Shown in pieces: positions 26,612-35,620 of a stretch of 64,000 nucleotides of DNA; positions within the stretch are counted from its first letter, which is position 1; each line of letters begins with the position of its first letter. This DNA comes from an uncultured Novosphingobium sp. Lineage in GTDB: Bacteria > Pseudomonadota > Alphaproteobacteria > Sphingomonadales > Sphingomonadaceae. Location: the NCBI GenBank assembly GCA_937996535.1, contig CALKVF010000077.1, positions 1,352 to 65,351 of the forward strand, read 5' to 3'. The notes below the pieces were generated by a model, which did not search any database, was not told the origin of the DNA, and saw only the letters and a list, made by a program, of their open reading frames with translations. The translations under genes were made by a program, and so were the position numbers.

Positions 26612-27712
26612 ATGGATTTCACTTTCACCTCCGAACAGGAAATGCTGCGCAGCGGTCTGGCCCGGTTGCTCAGCCAGACCTGCAGCTTTGACCAGCGCCA
26701 GGCGCGGCTGCGCGCCGGGCGCGGCCACGATGCCGATGTCTGGCGCCAGTTTGCGGACATGGGCCTGCTCGCCCTGCCCTTCAGCGAGGCCGAAGGCGGG
26801 CTGGGCGGCGGCGCGAGCGATGTGGTGGCAATCGGCGAACTGCTCGGCCGCCATCTGGTGGTCGAACCCTATGTCGGCTCGATCCTCCTAGGCGGCAAGG
26901 CGCTGGCGCTGGCCGGGGAACGCGCGGGCGCGCTGCTGGGCACGGTCATCGCCGGCGAGGCCGTGGCCGCGCTCGCGCACGAGGAACGCCACGGGATCGG
27001 CCCGCTCGCCATGCTCGGCACCACACTGAGCGAAAGCAGCGGCACGCTGCGGCTGGATGGCGACAAGCGCATGGTGCTCGATGGTGCTGAGGCGCAGGTA
27101 CTGGTCGTGTCCGCCCGGCAAGGGGACCGGCTGGTGCTGGTCCAGGTCGATCCGGCCGCTGCCGGGGTGAGCATCACGGGTTATACCACCATCGATGGCC
27201 GCCGCGCTGCAAACCTGCGCTTTGCCGGGGTATCGATCGATCCCGCCGCCGTGCTGCTGGACAATGCCGAAGCGGCGCTGGATGGGGTGATTGCGCTCGC
27301 TACGCTGGCGCTCTGCGCCGAAGCCGTGGGCGCGATGGGCGCGCTGCTCGAAGCCAGCAGCACCTATGGCGCGACCCGCAAGCAATTTGGCGTGCCGATC
27401 GCCAGCTTCCAAGCCATTGCCCACCGCCTTGCCGACATGAAGATCGCCTGGGCCAAGGCCAACGCCCTGCTGCTCCACACCACAGCGCTGGTCGAAGCCG
27501 GCAAGGGCGGCGCCCGCGAAATCGCGCTGCTCAAGGCGCAGGCCGGCCGCCTTGGCCGCAGCCTTGGCGAAAGCGCAGTGCAGGTCCACGGCGGGATCGG
27601 GATGACCGACGAACTCAACGTCGGACACTACCACAAGCGCATCCTCGCGATCGAGGCGATGCTTGGCAGCACCGACTATCACCTGCGGCGGGTCGGCGCG
27701 GCAGCGGCCTAG
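26612..27712 (+). CDS. Acyl-CoA dehydrogenase, small subunit (PimD-like)
   Basis: RKQFGVPIASFQAIAHRLADM, QVHGGIGMTDE; lacks the SEPxAGSD motif. Confidence 0.88.
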   Translation: MDFTFTSEQEMLRSGLARLLSQTCSFDQRQARLRAGRGHDADVWRQFADMGLLALPFSEAEGGLGGGASDVVAIGELLGRHLVVEPYVGSILLGGKALALAGERAGALLGTVIAGEAVAALAHEERHGIGPLAMLGTTLSESSGTLRLDGDKRMVLDGAEAQVLVVSARQGDRLVLVQVDPAAAGVSITGYTTIDGRRAANLRFAGVSIDPAAVLLDNAEAALDGVIALATLALCAEAVGAMGALLEASSTYGATRKQFGVPIASFQAIAHRLADMKIAWAKANALLLHTTALVEAGKGGAREIALLKAQAGRLGRSLGESAVQVHGGIGMTDELNVGHYHKRILAIEAMLGSTDYHLRRVGAAAA

Positions 27713-28464
27713 GGCACGGTATAGTCTCCGCAATCGGGCAGCGGACTGTCGGGCACATAGTCGCCGCTGGCGGGGTCGATCCGCAGCAGCCGCGTAACGC
27801 TGCAATCGGGATCGACCACCCGCTTCAGATCGCGTTGCCGCAGGCGCTTGCCCGCAAGCGAATCCGCCGAGCGTGACACTGCGCCCGGATAGGAGGTCGC
27901 GCGGGTGCGATAGCGCAGCACCGCTGGCCCTGCCCCGCTCCCCGGCGCAAGCGAGAGGCTGGCGCTGAAGCTGTATTCATCATGACAGGCCCCGGCGCGC
28001 TGGCGATAGTCCTCCTCGCTGAAACAGGCCCGGATCATCGCGCCGCCTTCCCACGGCACGGTCAAGACCGCGCGCACCGCGCCATCGGCGGGGACGCGGT
28101 AAAGCGTCAGCTGCGATGCCCAGGCACCGCCGCCCGAATAGGCGGTGCTTTGCTGGTCGATCACCCCGACCAGGCTGGTGCCATCGCCCAGCACGATCCG
28201 GCGCGGCCATAGCGCCAGGTTGGCAGCATCGGCATCGCCGCGCGGTGATGCCGGGGCCAATTCGGTGCTGACCGCCCGGCTGCCCGATGCCAGTTCGAGG
28301 ATCGTCGGCGCGCCCTCCTCCTTGGCAATTCGCGCGCACCAGCTGCCATCCGCAACACACAGCCGCGCTTCATCGCCGGCTGCGGGGCGCAAGATTTCGA
28401 TCCTGTTTGCCGGCAAGGTAGCTGCCGGAGCCAGAAGCAGCCCTGCCACCACGATCATGCTCAT
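27709..28464 (-). CDS. Hypothetical secreted protein with six Cys
   Basis: N-terminal hydrophobic signal; clean ORF co-oriented with the upstream gene. Confidence 0.7.
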   Translation of the reverse strand: MSMIVVAGLLLAPAATLPANRIEILRPAAGDEARLCVADGSWCARIAKEEGAPTILELASGSRAVSTELAPASPRGDADAANLALWPRRIVLGDGTSLVGVIDQQSTAYSGGGAWASQLTLYRVPADGAVRAVLTVPWEGGAMIRACFSEEDYRQRAGACHDEYSFSASLSLAPGSGAGPAVLRYRTRATSYPGAVSRSADSLAGKRLRQRDLKRVVDPDCSVTRLLRIDPASGDYVPDSPLPDCGDYTVP

Positions 28465-28476
28465 CCTGCCGCCCCT

Positions 28477-29586
28477 TCAATTGCCGCGTTCATAGCGCCC
28501 CCGGCCGAATGCCTCGGGCAACAGGGCCGTGCCATCAATGCTCAGGTCCAACCGCTCGAACGGCGGCGGGGTGAGCTGTTTTGCATCGATCCCGATGGCG
28601 ACGACCCCGGCACTGACGGGCGGGACCGCGATGGTCTGGTCACGCTCGGGGGCGAAGGGGGCAGACACGCGGACCGACACCAGCGGCGCCGACACCGCGC
28701 CGGCATGGATCGCCAGCCCGCGATCCGCCGTCTCCAGGCGTTCTTCGTGCCCATCGGCGAAGCTGAGGGTTACCGCCACGCGGCGCGCGCCCATGTCGCT
28801 TTCGGGATCGAGCACCCGCACCGCCAGCCCGCCGATCCAGCCGCGCTCGTCGCGCGCGGCGGCGATATCGGGTTCCTGCGGCATGGTGCAGGCCGGCGGC
28901 AACACCGGTGGAAGCAGTTCGGGATCGGGGAGATCGGCTGCGCGCGACGCGTTGCGGGCGTGTTGGCGCGCCAGTTCCCATTCGCCCAGCGCCTGCTGCG
29001 CGGCTTCAATTTTGCCCGGCACAGGGCCGTTTGGCCCGATCGCCTCGCCCGCCAACCGCTCGGCTGCGGCGCGCGCGGTTTGGAGCTGCGCCAACGCTTC
29101 GTCAGCCCGCGCCTTAAGGCTTGCTGGGCTTTCGGCCTCCTCGCCGATCAGCGCCGGGCTGAGCGCCGGCGCGGCCATGACCCCGCCCAGGATCGGGCAG
29201 CGGTCCTGCACCGCGGCAACCTCTGCCTGATAGTGCTGATCGCGCAGCGCACGTTCGGGCCGTTCGCTCCATGGCTCGGTCCCGAGCAGGGCATAGAGCG
29301 GGCGGGTGCGATCGGGCATGGCAGCGCGCAGCACCACAGCCTGCCCTTCGCGCGTCCAGGTTCCGTTGACCTGCTGGTCGGCCGCGCCGTAGCTCATGAA
29401 CCATGCGAAACTGCCGTCGGCGCGCAGCAGCAATTCAGAGCCAACCTCGTGCACGCCCGACAGGTAATAGTGCCCGGCAAAGGCCGGATCGACGACCCCG
29501 GCGGTGGCTGCCACAGCCGGGCGCTCCTGCGCCCGGGCCGGCGCCGCAGCAGCCGCCAGCAAGGCGGCCCATCCCAGCCATTTCAT
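28477..29586 (-). CDS. Hypothetical secreted protein
   Basis: Signal peptide MKWLGWAALLAAAAAPARA/Q; GHYYLSGVHEVGSELLLRADGSFAW domain; start may be 29595. Confidence 0.72.
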   Translation of the reverse strand: MKWLGWAALLAAAAAPARAQERPAVAATAGVVDPAFAGHYYLSGVHEVGSELLLRADGSFAWFMSYGAADQQVNGTWTREGQAVVLRAAMPDRTRPLYALLGTEPWSERPERALRDQHYQAEVAAVQDRCPILGGVMAAPALSPALIGEEAESPASLKARADEALAQLQTARAAAERLAGEAIGPNGPVPGKIEAAQQALGEWELARQHARNASRAADLPDPELLPPVLPPACTMPQEPDIAAARDERGWIGGLAVRVLDPESDMGARRVAVTLSFADGHEERLETADRGLAIHAGAVSAPLVSVRVSAPFAPERDQTIAVPPVSAGVVAIGIDAKQLTPPPFERLDLSIDGTALLPEAFGRGRYERGN

Positions 29587-29715
29587 ACCATTCATCTGCG
29601 CGACCCAACCCATCCTCGGAAACGTACTTATGCGTAGTGCCCCGGATTTCAGTCAATCGATTTAGCTGCCAGCATCTGACCTGCGTGCAGGCGGGTTTTC
29701 CCTTTTTTGCCTCAC

Positions 29716-29777
29716 ACGTCGTTAGGCAGCGCAGGGGAAACGGGGGCTAATGGGACTCCTGCGCTGCCTATTGACGT
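29716..29777. other. Long stem-loop with G-rich (plus)/C-rich (minus) loop; possible sRNA
   Basis: Perfect 13-bp TAGGCAGCGCAGG/CCTGCGCTGCCTA stem, extended by ACGTC/GACGT. Confidence 0.45.
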
Positions 29778-29859
29778 CAGCGCGTCACCCCAGTTGCAAA
29801 ATGCTCAACACCCTGCGCGGGTTTCGCACTTGCGAATCGCGCAACCCAACCCCATTTGC

Positions 29860-29931
29860 GCCTTGCCTTTCAGGCATCCTCTCCCAAACTTTTAGGGCCG
29901 ACCGGATTGCTCCGACCGGCCCATTCTTTTT
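29860..29931 (+). ncRNA. suhB/alpha-r8 (MmgR-like) small RNA
   Basis: TGCCT-TTC-AGGCA hairpin, then TCCTCTCCCAAACTTT anti-SD-like segment, then GGGCCG..CGGCCC-ATTCTTTTT terminator; upstream CTTGCG..CCATTT promoter-like spacing. Confidence 0.65.
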
Positions 29932-29955
29932 GGGATAGAGCCCGCTGACAGGCGA

Positions 29956-30207
29956 TCAGACCGGGGCTTGCGCCTTGGCGATCATCCCCGAAATATCGTC
30001 GAGCAGGCCAAGGCGCTGCTTCTTGAGATCTTCCAGACGGAAATCCGAAGCGGCTTCGACTTCGCTTTCGATGCGATGAATTTCACGATTGAGATCGTGG
30101 TATTGGTCCGAAAGCTTGCGGAAATGCGCATCCGACAGCTTGAGTTCGTGCAGCACACCGACGGCATCGGGAAATTCGGCATGAAGATCGTGGGGGGTGT
30201 GGCTCAT
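29956..30207 (-). CDS. YdcH/DUF465 family protein
   Basis: MSHTPHDLHAEFP...LKLSDAHFRKL..YHDLNREIHRIE...LKKQRL. Confidence 0.88.
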   Translation of the reverse strand: MSHTPHDLHAEFPDAVGVLHELKLSDAHFRKLSDQYHDLNREIHRIESEVEAASDFRLEDLKKQRLGLLDDISGMIAKAQAPV

Positions 30208-30281
30208 CGTTACCTTCTCTGTTCGGACAATCGGTTGCGACCCGGTTGACGAACATTCACACGCCAGGCCGAAGGGCTGCA

Positions 30282-30295
30282 TTGCGCAGGATCAA
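30282..30295. promoter_or_regulatory. FixK/FNR-type box TTGCG-CAGG-ATCAA upstream of the YdcH gene
   Basis: Fits TTG(A/C)-N6-(T/G)CAA; about 80 bp upstream of the start. Confidence 0.5.
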
Positions 30296-30336
30296 GTCCT
30301 GCACAATTTGCTCCTCCGGCCCGCGATTACTTCGGC

Positions 30337-32385
30337 TTACCCCCGCGTGAAGCTGCCGCCCGCTGCGGCCTTCTCGACCAGCAGCTTGGCCGGCTCGATC
30401 CCGATCGCGCGCAAGCCTTCGACCACCTTGGGCAGGCCCACGGTGTCAGCCCAGAACATCGGCCCGCCGGTATAGACCGGCCAGTTGTAGCCCAGGATGC
30501 AGGCCACATCGATGTCGCTGGCGCGGATCGCAACGCCTTCTTCAAGCACCTTGGCACCTTCGTTGACCACCGGATAGAGCAGCCGGGCGATGATCGCCTC
30601 GGCGCTTTGCGGGCCGGTGTTGGCCACGCCCTTGGCCGCAGCCAGATCGGCGATCACCTGGGCGGCAACGGGGCTGGGCGAAGCGATGCGCTTGTCGTCA
30701 TAGTCATAGAAACCGCCGCCCTGCTTCTGCCCCAGCCGGCCCAGCTTGACGAGATCGCCATTGAGCGTGCGCTCGTTCGAGCCACGCCCGATCACGTCGA
30801 GCCCGACCAGATCGCCCATCGCGAACGGCCCCATCGCAAAGCCATAGTCGAACACCGCCTTGTCGATGTCCTGCGGGGTCGGCCCTTCGAGCACCAGCGC
30901 CATGGCCTGCCGGCTGCGCGGCCCCATCACGCGGTTGGCGATAAAGCCCGGCCCCACCCGGCTCACCACCGGCACCTTGGCAATCGTGCGCGCCATCTTG
31001 AGCGCGGTGGCCAGCACCGCATCCGAGGTTTTCGCGCCGCGCACGATTTCGAGCAGCCGCATGACATTGGCGGGCGAGAAGAAGTGCAAGCCGACCACGC
31101 TTTCGGGACGCGAGGTGACCGAGGCAATCTCGTCGATATCGAGGTAGGAGGTGTTCGAGGCGAGGATCGCGCCGGGCTTGGCAATCGCGTCGAGCTTGCC
31201 GAACACGTCCTTCTTGATGCCCATTTCCTCGAACACGGCCTCGATCACCAGATCGACGCTCGCCAGCGCCTCAAGCCCGAGCGCGGGCGTGATCAGCGCC
31301 ATGCGCTGCTCGACCTGCTCGGCGGTCATCCGGCCCTTGGCGGCGGTGTTTTCGTAATTCTTGCGGATCACGCCGACCCCGCGTTCCAGCGCGACCTCGC
31401 TCATTTCCACCAGCGTCACCGGGATCCCGGCGTTGAGGAAGTTCATGGTGATCCCGCCGCCCATCGTGCCAGCGCCGATCACCCCAACCGCCTGAACCGG
31501 CAGCGGAGCCACGTCCTTGGCCAGATCGGGCACCTTCGCCCCTTCGCGTTCGGCGAAGAAGTAATAGCGCTGGGCGGCGCTTTCGGTGCTGGTCAGCAGT
31601 TCGACGAACAGTTCGTGCTCGCGGGCGATGCCTTGGTCAAACGGCAGTTCCGCCGCCGCCTCGACCGCCTTCACGATATTGAACGGCGCCTTGAAACCGC
31701 GAAACGCGCGGGCGTTCTTCTTGAGGTATTCGGCGTAGACCTCGCTCTTGCCGCGATAGGGCTCGACCTTTTCCTGACGGTCGCGCACCCGCGGCAGGGG
31801 CTTGCCCTCGTCCACCAGCTTGCGCGCAAAGGCGATCGCATCCTCGCGCAGGCGCCCTTCCTCGGCGAGCGCATCGATCATCCCCATGTCGAGGGCCTTC
31901 TTGGCCGGCACCGGAGCCCCGCCGCCGATCAGTTCAAGCGCGGCAGGGATTCCCACCACGCGCGGCAGCCGCTGGGTACCGCCTGCGCCGGGGAGCAGGC
32001 CCAGTGCCACTTCGGGCAGACCAACCTTGGCCGAAGGCACCGCGATCCGGCAGTGGCAGGTCAGCGCCAGCTCGTAGCCGCCGCCCAGCGCCGTGCCGTG
32101 GATCGCGGCGACCACGGGCTTGGTCCCGCGCTCGATGATGTCGAACACTTCCTGCAGGCCCGGCTCCTGCGCCGGCTTGCCGAGTTCCGAGATGTCGGCC
32201 CCGGCCACGAAGGTGCGCCCCGCGCAGATCAGCACGATCGCCTTTACCGCGTCGTCGGCGGCAAACTGGCTGAACCCGTCATAGAGCGCGCGGCGCGTGT
32301 GGATCGACAGCGCGTTCACCGGCGGATAGTCGATGGTAAGGATGCCGATGCCGTCGATGACTTCGGTAGTGCCGACCTGGCTCAT
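30337..32385 (-). CDS. Enoyl-CoA hydratase/3-hydroxyacyl-CoA dehydrogenase (PimF/FadB-like)
   Basis: [70 protein letters not shown]. Confidence 0.94.
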   Translation of the reverse strand: MSQVGTTEVIDGIGILTIDYPPVNALSIHTRRALYDGFSQFAADDAVKAIVLICAGRTFVAGADISELGKPAQEPGLQEVFDIIERGTKPVVAAIHGTALGGGYELALTCHCRIAVPSAKVGLPEVALGLLPGAGGTQRLPRVVGIPAALELIGGGAPVPAKKALDMGMIDALAEEGRLREDAIAFARKLVDEGKPLPRVRDRQEKVEPYRGKSEVYAEYLKKNARAFRGFKAPFNIVKAVEAAAELPFDQGIAREHELFVELLTSTESAAQRYYFFAEREGAKVPDLAKDVAPLPVQAVGVIGAGTMGGGITMNFLNAGIPVTLVEMSEVALERGVGVIRKNYENTAAKGRMTAEQVEQRMALITPALGLEALASVDLVIEAVFEEMGIKKDVFGKLDAIAKPGAILASNTSYLDIDEIASVTSRPESVVGLHFFSPANVMRLLEIVRGAKTSDAVLATALKMARTIAKVPVVSRVGPGFIANRVMGPRSRQAMALVLEGPTPQDIDKAVFDYGFAMGPFAMGDLVGLDVIGRGSNERTLNGDLVKLGRLGQKQGGGFYDYDDKRIASPSPVAAQVIADLAAAKGVANTGPQSAEAIIARLLYPVVNEGAKVLEEGVAIRASDIDVACILGYNWPVYTGGPMFWADTVGLPKVVEGLRAIGIEPAKLLVEKAAAGGSFTRG

Positions 32386-32486
32386 GATTTTGTCCCTCTC
32401 CTACAGCCCTTTGCGAGCCTTGATTCGTCTTTATGCTGCACGGCCATGCCACCGTTTGCACGCATCGTCATCACCGCGCGTGCAGA

Positions 32487-33116
32487 CTAGGGCGCGCCCA
32501 GCACGGCAACCTGCGCCGCCAGCCGGTCCACCTCGCCGCGATCGTGGCTGACATAGAGGATCGGCAGGCCCAGTTCATCGCGCAGTCGCTCGATCAGCGC
32601 CATGATTTCCGCGCGGCGCGGTGCGTCGAGCGAGGACAGCGGCTCGTCCATCAGCAGGAACCGCGGCGCGCCGAGCAGCGCGCGACCGATCGCCACGCGC
32701 TGCGCCTCGCCGCCCGAAAGGGTGCGCGGCCAGCGATCGAGCAGGTGCGCGATACCCAGCAGCGCCGCCACCTGATCGAGATCGAGCCAGCGATCCGCCG
32801 GGCTGGCCAATTCCCAGCCGAACAGCAGATTGTCGCGCACGCGCAGGTGGGGAAACAGGCGCCCATCCTGAAAGACATAGCCCGCGCGGCGCTGCTGCAC
32901 CGGCAGATCGATCCCGGCAGCGCTGTCGAACAGCACTTCGCCGCCGACCACGATCCGGCCCCGATCGGGGCGCAGCAGCCCGGCGACCATGTTGAGCACG
33001 CTGGTCTTGCCCGCGCCCGAAGGGCCAAGCAGCGCCGTCAGCCCGCTGCTGGCGGCAAGGTCCAGCCGGATGTCGGCAGCGCCCAGCCGGCGCTCGATCG
33101 TGATCTCAAAGGACAT
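32487..33116 (-). CDS. modC: Molybdate ABC transporter ATP-binding subunit (short, no TOBE domain)
   Basis: GPSGAGKT, GYVFQDGRLFPHL, LSGGEAQRVAIGRALL, LLMDEP. Confidence 0.92.
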   Translation of the reverse strand: MSFEITIERRLGAADIRLDLAASSGLTALLGPSGAGKTSVLNMVAGLLRPDRGRIVVGGEVLFDSAAGIDLPVQQRRAGYVFQDGRLFPHLRVRDNLLFGWELASPADRWLDLDQVAALLGIAHLLDRWPRTLSGGEAQRVAIGRALLGAPRFLLMDEPLSSLDAPRRAEIMALIERLRDELGLPILYVSHDRGEVDRLAAQVAVLGAP

Positions 33117-33798
33117 GGCCGCGCCCTTCCCGGCCCCGCACCAGCCATTCCGAGGCCAGCAAGGCCGCCAGCGACAGCGCCACCGCGATCACCCCTAGGC
33201 GGGTGACCTGCGCTTCGCCGCCGGGCACTTGCAGCGCGCCATAGATCGCCAGCGGCAGGGTGCGCGTCTCCCCCGGAATGTTCGACACGAAGGTGATCGT
33301 TGCGCCAAATTCGCCGAGCGAGCGGGCAAAGCCCAACACCATGCCCGCGAGCACGCCGGGCATGGCCAGCGGCAGGGTGATCGCGGTGAAAGTGCGCAGC
33401 CGCGATGCCCCCAGCGTCATCGCCGCCTGTTCAAGCCGCGGATCGACCGCCTCGATCGACAGCCGCATCGCCCGCACCATCAGCGGTAGCGCCATGACCG
33501 CCGAAGCCAGCGCCGCCCCGGTCCAGCGGAACATGAAGTGCAGCCCCAGCCAGTCCGCCGCCCAGCGCCCGACCGAGCCATTGGCGCCAAAGGCCAGCAG
33601 CAGCAGCCAGCCGGTCACCACCGGGGGCAGCACCAGCGGCAGGTGAACCAGCGCATCGAGCAGCACCCGCCCCGGAAACACCCTGCGCGCCAGCACCCAG
33701 GCGAGCGCGAAGGCCACCGGCAGGGTCGCGCCAATCGCCACCGCGCTGACCTTGAGCGAGAGGCCGACCACGGCCAGTTCGTCGGCTGTCAGGATCAT
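33106..33798 (-). CDS. modB: Molybdate ABC transporter permease
   Basis: LPLVLPPVVTG, FARSLGEFGATITFVSNIPGETRTLPLAIY. Confidence 0.95.
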   Translation of the reverse strand: MILTADELAVVGLSLKVSAVAIGATLPVAFALAWVLARRVFPGRVLLDALVHLPLVLPPVVTGWLLLLAFGANGSVGRWAADWLGLHFMFRWTGAALASAVMALPLMVRAMRLSIEAVDPRLEQAAMTLGASRLRTFTAITLPLAMPGVLAGMVLGFARSLGEFGATITFVSNIPGETRTLPLAIYGALQVPGGEAQVTRLGVIAVALSLAALLASEWLVRGREGRGHVL

Positions 33799-34586
33799 CG
33801 GCGCGGCCCGGCGGCGCGGGTCGCGAAGCCGTGCCGCGCGAAAATCGCCTGCCCCTCGGCAGACAGCAGGAACCGCCGAAAGCCCGCGGTGCCCGGGCTG
33901 GTGGCCGCGCGCAGCACGGCGATCGGGTAGGTGATCGGGGCATGGCTGGAGGCCGGAAACTGGCCCACCACGCGCACTCCGCGCGAGGCAACCGCATCGC
34001 TGGCATAGACGATGCCAAGTGGCGCTTCGCCGCGTTCGACCAGCGCCAGCGCGGCGCGCACATTCTCGGCCCGGGCGAGGCTCCCTGCGACCTGCGGCCA
34101 GACCCCGAGCCGGGTCAGCGCGGCCTTGCCATATTTGCCCGCTGGGACCGCATCGGGATCGGCCATGGCCAGCCGTCCGCCGCCCAGCGCGCGGGCAAGT
34201 GCAAAACCGGGGGCGATTTTCAATTGCAGTGGGCTACCCGCCGGGGCGACCAGCACCAGCCGGTTGCCGACCAGCGGCGCGCGGGTGCCGGGGCGGGTCA
34301 GCCGCTTGCCGGCAACGTAGTCCATCCATTCCTCGTCGGCGGAAATGAACAGGTCAGCCGGGGCGCCCGCCTCGATCTGGCGGGCCAGCGCCGAGGATGC
34401 GGCAAACGACAGGACGGGGCGATCATGGCGCCGTGCGGCCCAGGCATCAGCGGCGTCGCTCAACGCTTCCTGCAGGCTCGAGGCGGCCAGCACCAATGGC
34501 GTGCGCGGAGCCGCCTGCGCCGGGGGCAGGACCAGCACTTGCGCGGCCAAAACGGCGGCGAGCCAGATTTTACGAAACAGCGGCAC
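33795..34586 (-). CDS. modA: Molybdate ABC transporter substrate-binding protein
   Basis: VLAASSL, SFAASSALARQIEAGAPADLFISA, VPAGKYG, ENVRAAL, GIVYASDA; GTG start inferred from the signal peptide. Confidence 0.92.
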   Translation of the reverse strand: MPLFRKIWLAAVLAAQVLVLPPAQAAPRTPLVLAASSLQEALSDAADAWAARRHDRPVLSFAASSALARQIEAGAPADLFISADEEWMDYVAGKRLTRPGTRAPLVGNRLVLVAPAGSPLQLKIAPGFALARALGGGRLAMADPDAVPAGKYGKAALTRLGVWPQVAGSLARAENVRAALALVERGEAPLGIVYASDAVASRGVRVVGQFPASSHAPITYPIAVLRAATSPGTAGFRRFLLSAEGQAIFARHGFATRAAGPRR

Positions 34587-34600
34587 CGGCGATGATCCCG

Positions 34601-34631
34601 AATTGGCGATACCGCGCGTATAAAGCCAATT
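34601..34631. promoter_or_regulatory. Inverted repeat AATTGGC..GCCAATT with TATA core; possible degenerate ModE/Mop box
   Basis: Immediately upstream of modA; weak match to CGxTATATA-N6-TATATAxCG. Confidence 0.3.
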
Positions 34632-34662
34632 GCGGCGCGGGCAACGGGGCCGCAGTGCCGAT

Positions 34663-34688
34663 GGCCCCCGCCCGGTTGGGCAGGGGCC
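34663..34688 (-). terminator. GC hairpin after the porin gene (no U-tract; stabiliser or weak terminator)
   Basis: GGCCCCUGCCC/GGGCGGGGGCC on the minus strand. Confidence 0.45.
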
Positions 34689-34701
34689 GGATGTCAGCAG
34701 A

Positions 34702-35451
34702 TCAGAACGCGGCCGAAATGGTGCCGACCAGCGCGCCCTTGGTGATGTAGTGGCCCGACTTGGAACCGCCAGCGAAGTTGGCGTTGCCAAAGGCGGTGCC
34801 GATATCGGTCCCGACGTAGGAGACGTTGAGGGTCAGCTTGCTCAGCGCGAAATCGGCGCCAAAACCATAGTCGACCACGTCCTTGCCGTGGGTGTAGCCG
34901 CTGGTCCCGCTCGAATAGCCAAGGTGGCCCTTGAGGGTGATCGGCGTATCACCGAGCGGCAGGCCGAGATCGCTGTAGACCCAGATGTTGTGGCCGCCGA
35001 TGTTGCTCTGCTTCGGCGCCCAATAGGTGCCGAGCTTGGCGTTGACCGGGCCGACTTTGCCCGAAGCCGAACCATAGACTTCGACATAGTCGTGGCCGGT
35101 GGTGCCGGGATAGACGTAGTAGACAAGCCCGCCATCAAGCGTGGCCCCGCCGACCGTCTTCGACACGCCGCCGATCAGGTCGAGTTCCATGTTCGAGCCG
35201 CCGAAGGTGCCATAGCCGCCGAGGTTCGACGCCCAGGTGCCGACATAGACGCCCGACGAATGGGCCACGGTCAGGCCGCCCTGAACCGCCGGCTCGCTGT
35301 CGGTCTGCGAAATGCCGCGCAGGCGGTATTCGCTGGTCACCGCGACATTGCCGGTGATGGTGAAATCGCTGGCCGGGGCTTCGTCGGCATAGGCCGTGGT
35401 CGAAAGTGCCGTCGCCGAAAGTGCGAGTGCGAGAGCAAGGCTCTTGTTCAT
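34702..35451 (-). CDS. TorF family putative porin (Gcw_chp/TIGR02001-like)
   Basis: Signal peptide AYA/D; TGNVAVTSEYRLRGISQTDSEPAVQGG, YVGTWASN, ELDL; terminal Phe. Confidence 0.88.
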   Translation of the reverse strand: MNKSLALALALSATALSTTAYADEAPASDFTITGNVAVTSEYRLRGISQTDSEPAVQGGLTVAHSSGVYVGTWASNLGGYGTFGGSNMELDLIGGVSKTVGGATLDGGLVYYVYPGTTGHDYVEVYGSASGKVGPVNAKLGTYWAPKQSNIGGHNIWVYSDLGLPLGDTPITLKGHLGYSSGTSGYTHGKDVVDYGFGADFALSKLTLNVSYVGTDIGTAFGNANFAGGSKSGHYITKGALVGTISAAF

Positions 35452-35497
35452 GGGGTCCCTCATTTTTTGCTTTGGCCAATGCAGCCGCCACAGCATC

Positions 35498-35513
35498 CGC
35501 AATGATCGTGCCA
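35498..35513 (-). promoter_or_regulatory. sigma54 (-24/-12) promoter TGGCACGATCATTGCG
   Basis: TGGCACG-N4-TTGC with correct GG-N10-GC spacing, about 47 bp upstream of the porin ATG. Confidence 0.8.
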
Positions 35514-35566
35514 GTTCGGCAAGCGCCCGAAAAACGAAGGATAAGGGCAGGCACGCGGGGACGGCC

Positions 35567-35613
35567 TGCCTAAAAAACAGGCAGCAGAAATCCCCGCGCT
35601 TACTTTTTGGTCG
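35567..35613. promoter_or_regulatory. NtrC-like enhancer: TGCCT-N7-AGGCA (35567-35583) plus a weaker second site (35597-35613)
   Basis: 17-bp palindrome with A-rich core; the two sites are 30 bp apart centre-to-centre, upstream of the sigma54 promoter. Confidence 0.55.
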
Positions 35614-35620
35614 GCGCGCC

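Noticed and set aside
32436-32452. sigma54-like TGGCATGGCCGTGCA upstream of the FadB-like gene
   Set aside because: GG-GC spacing is 9 rather than the required 10
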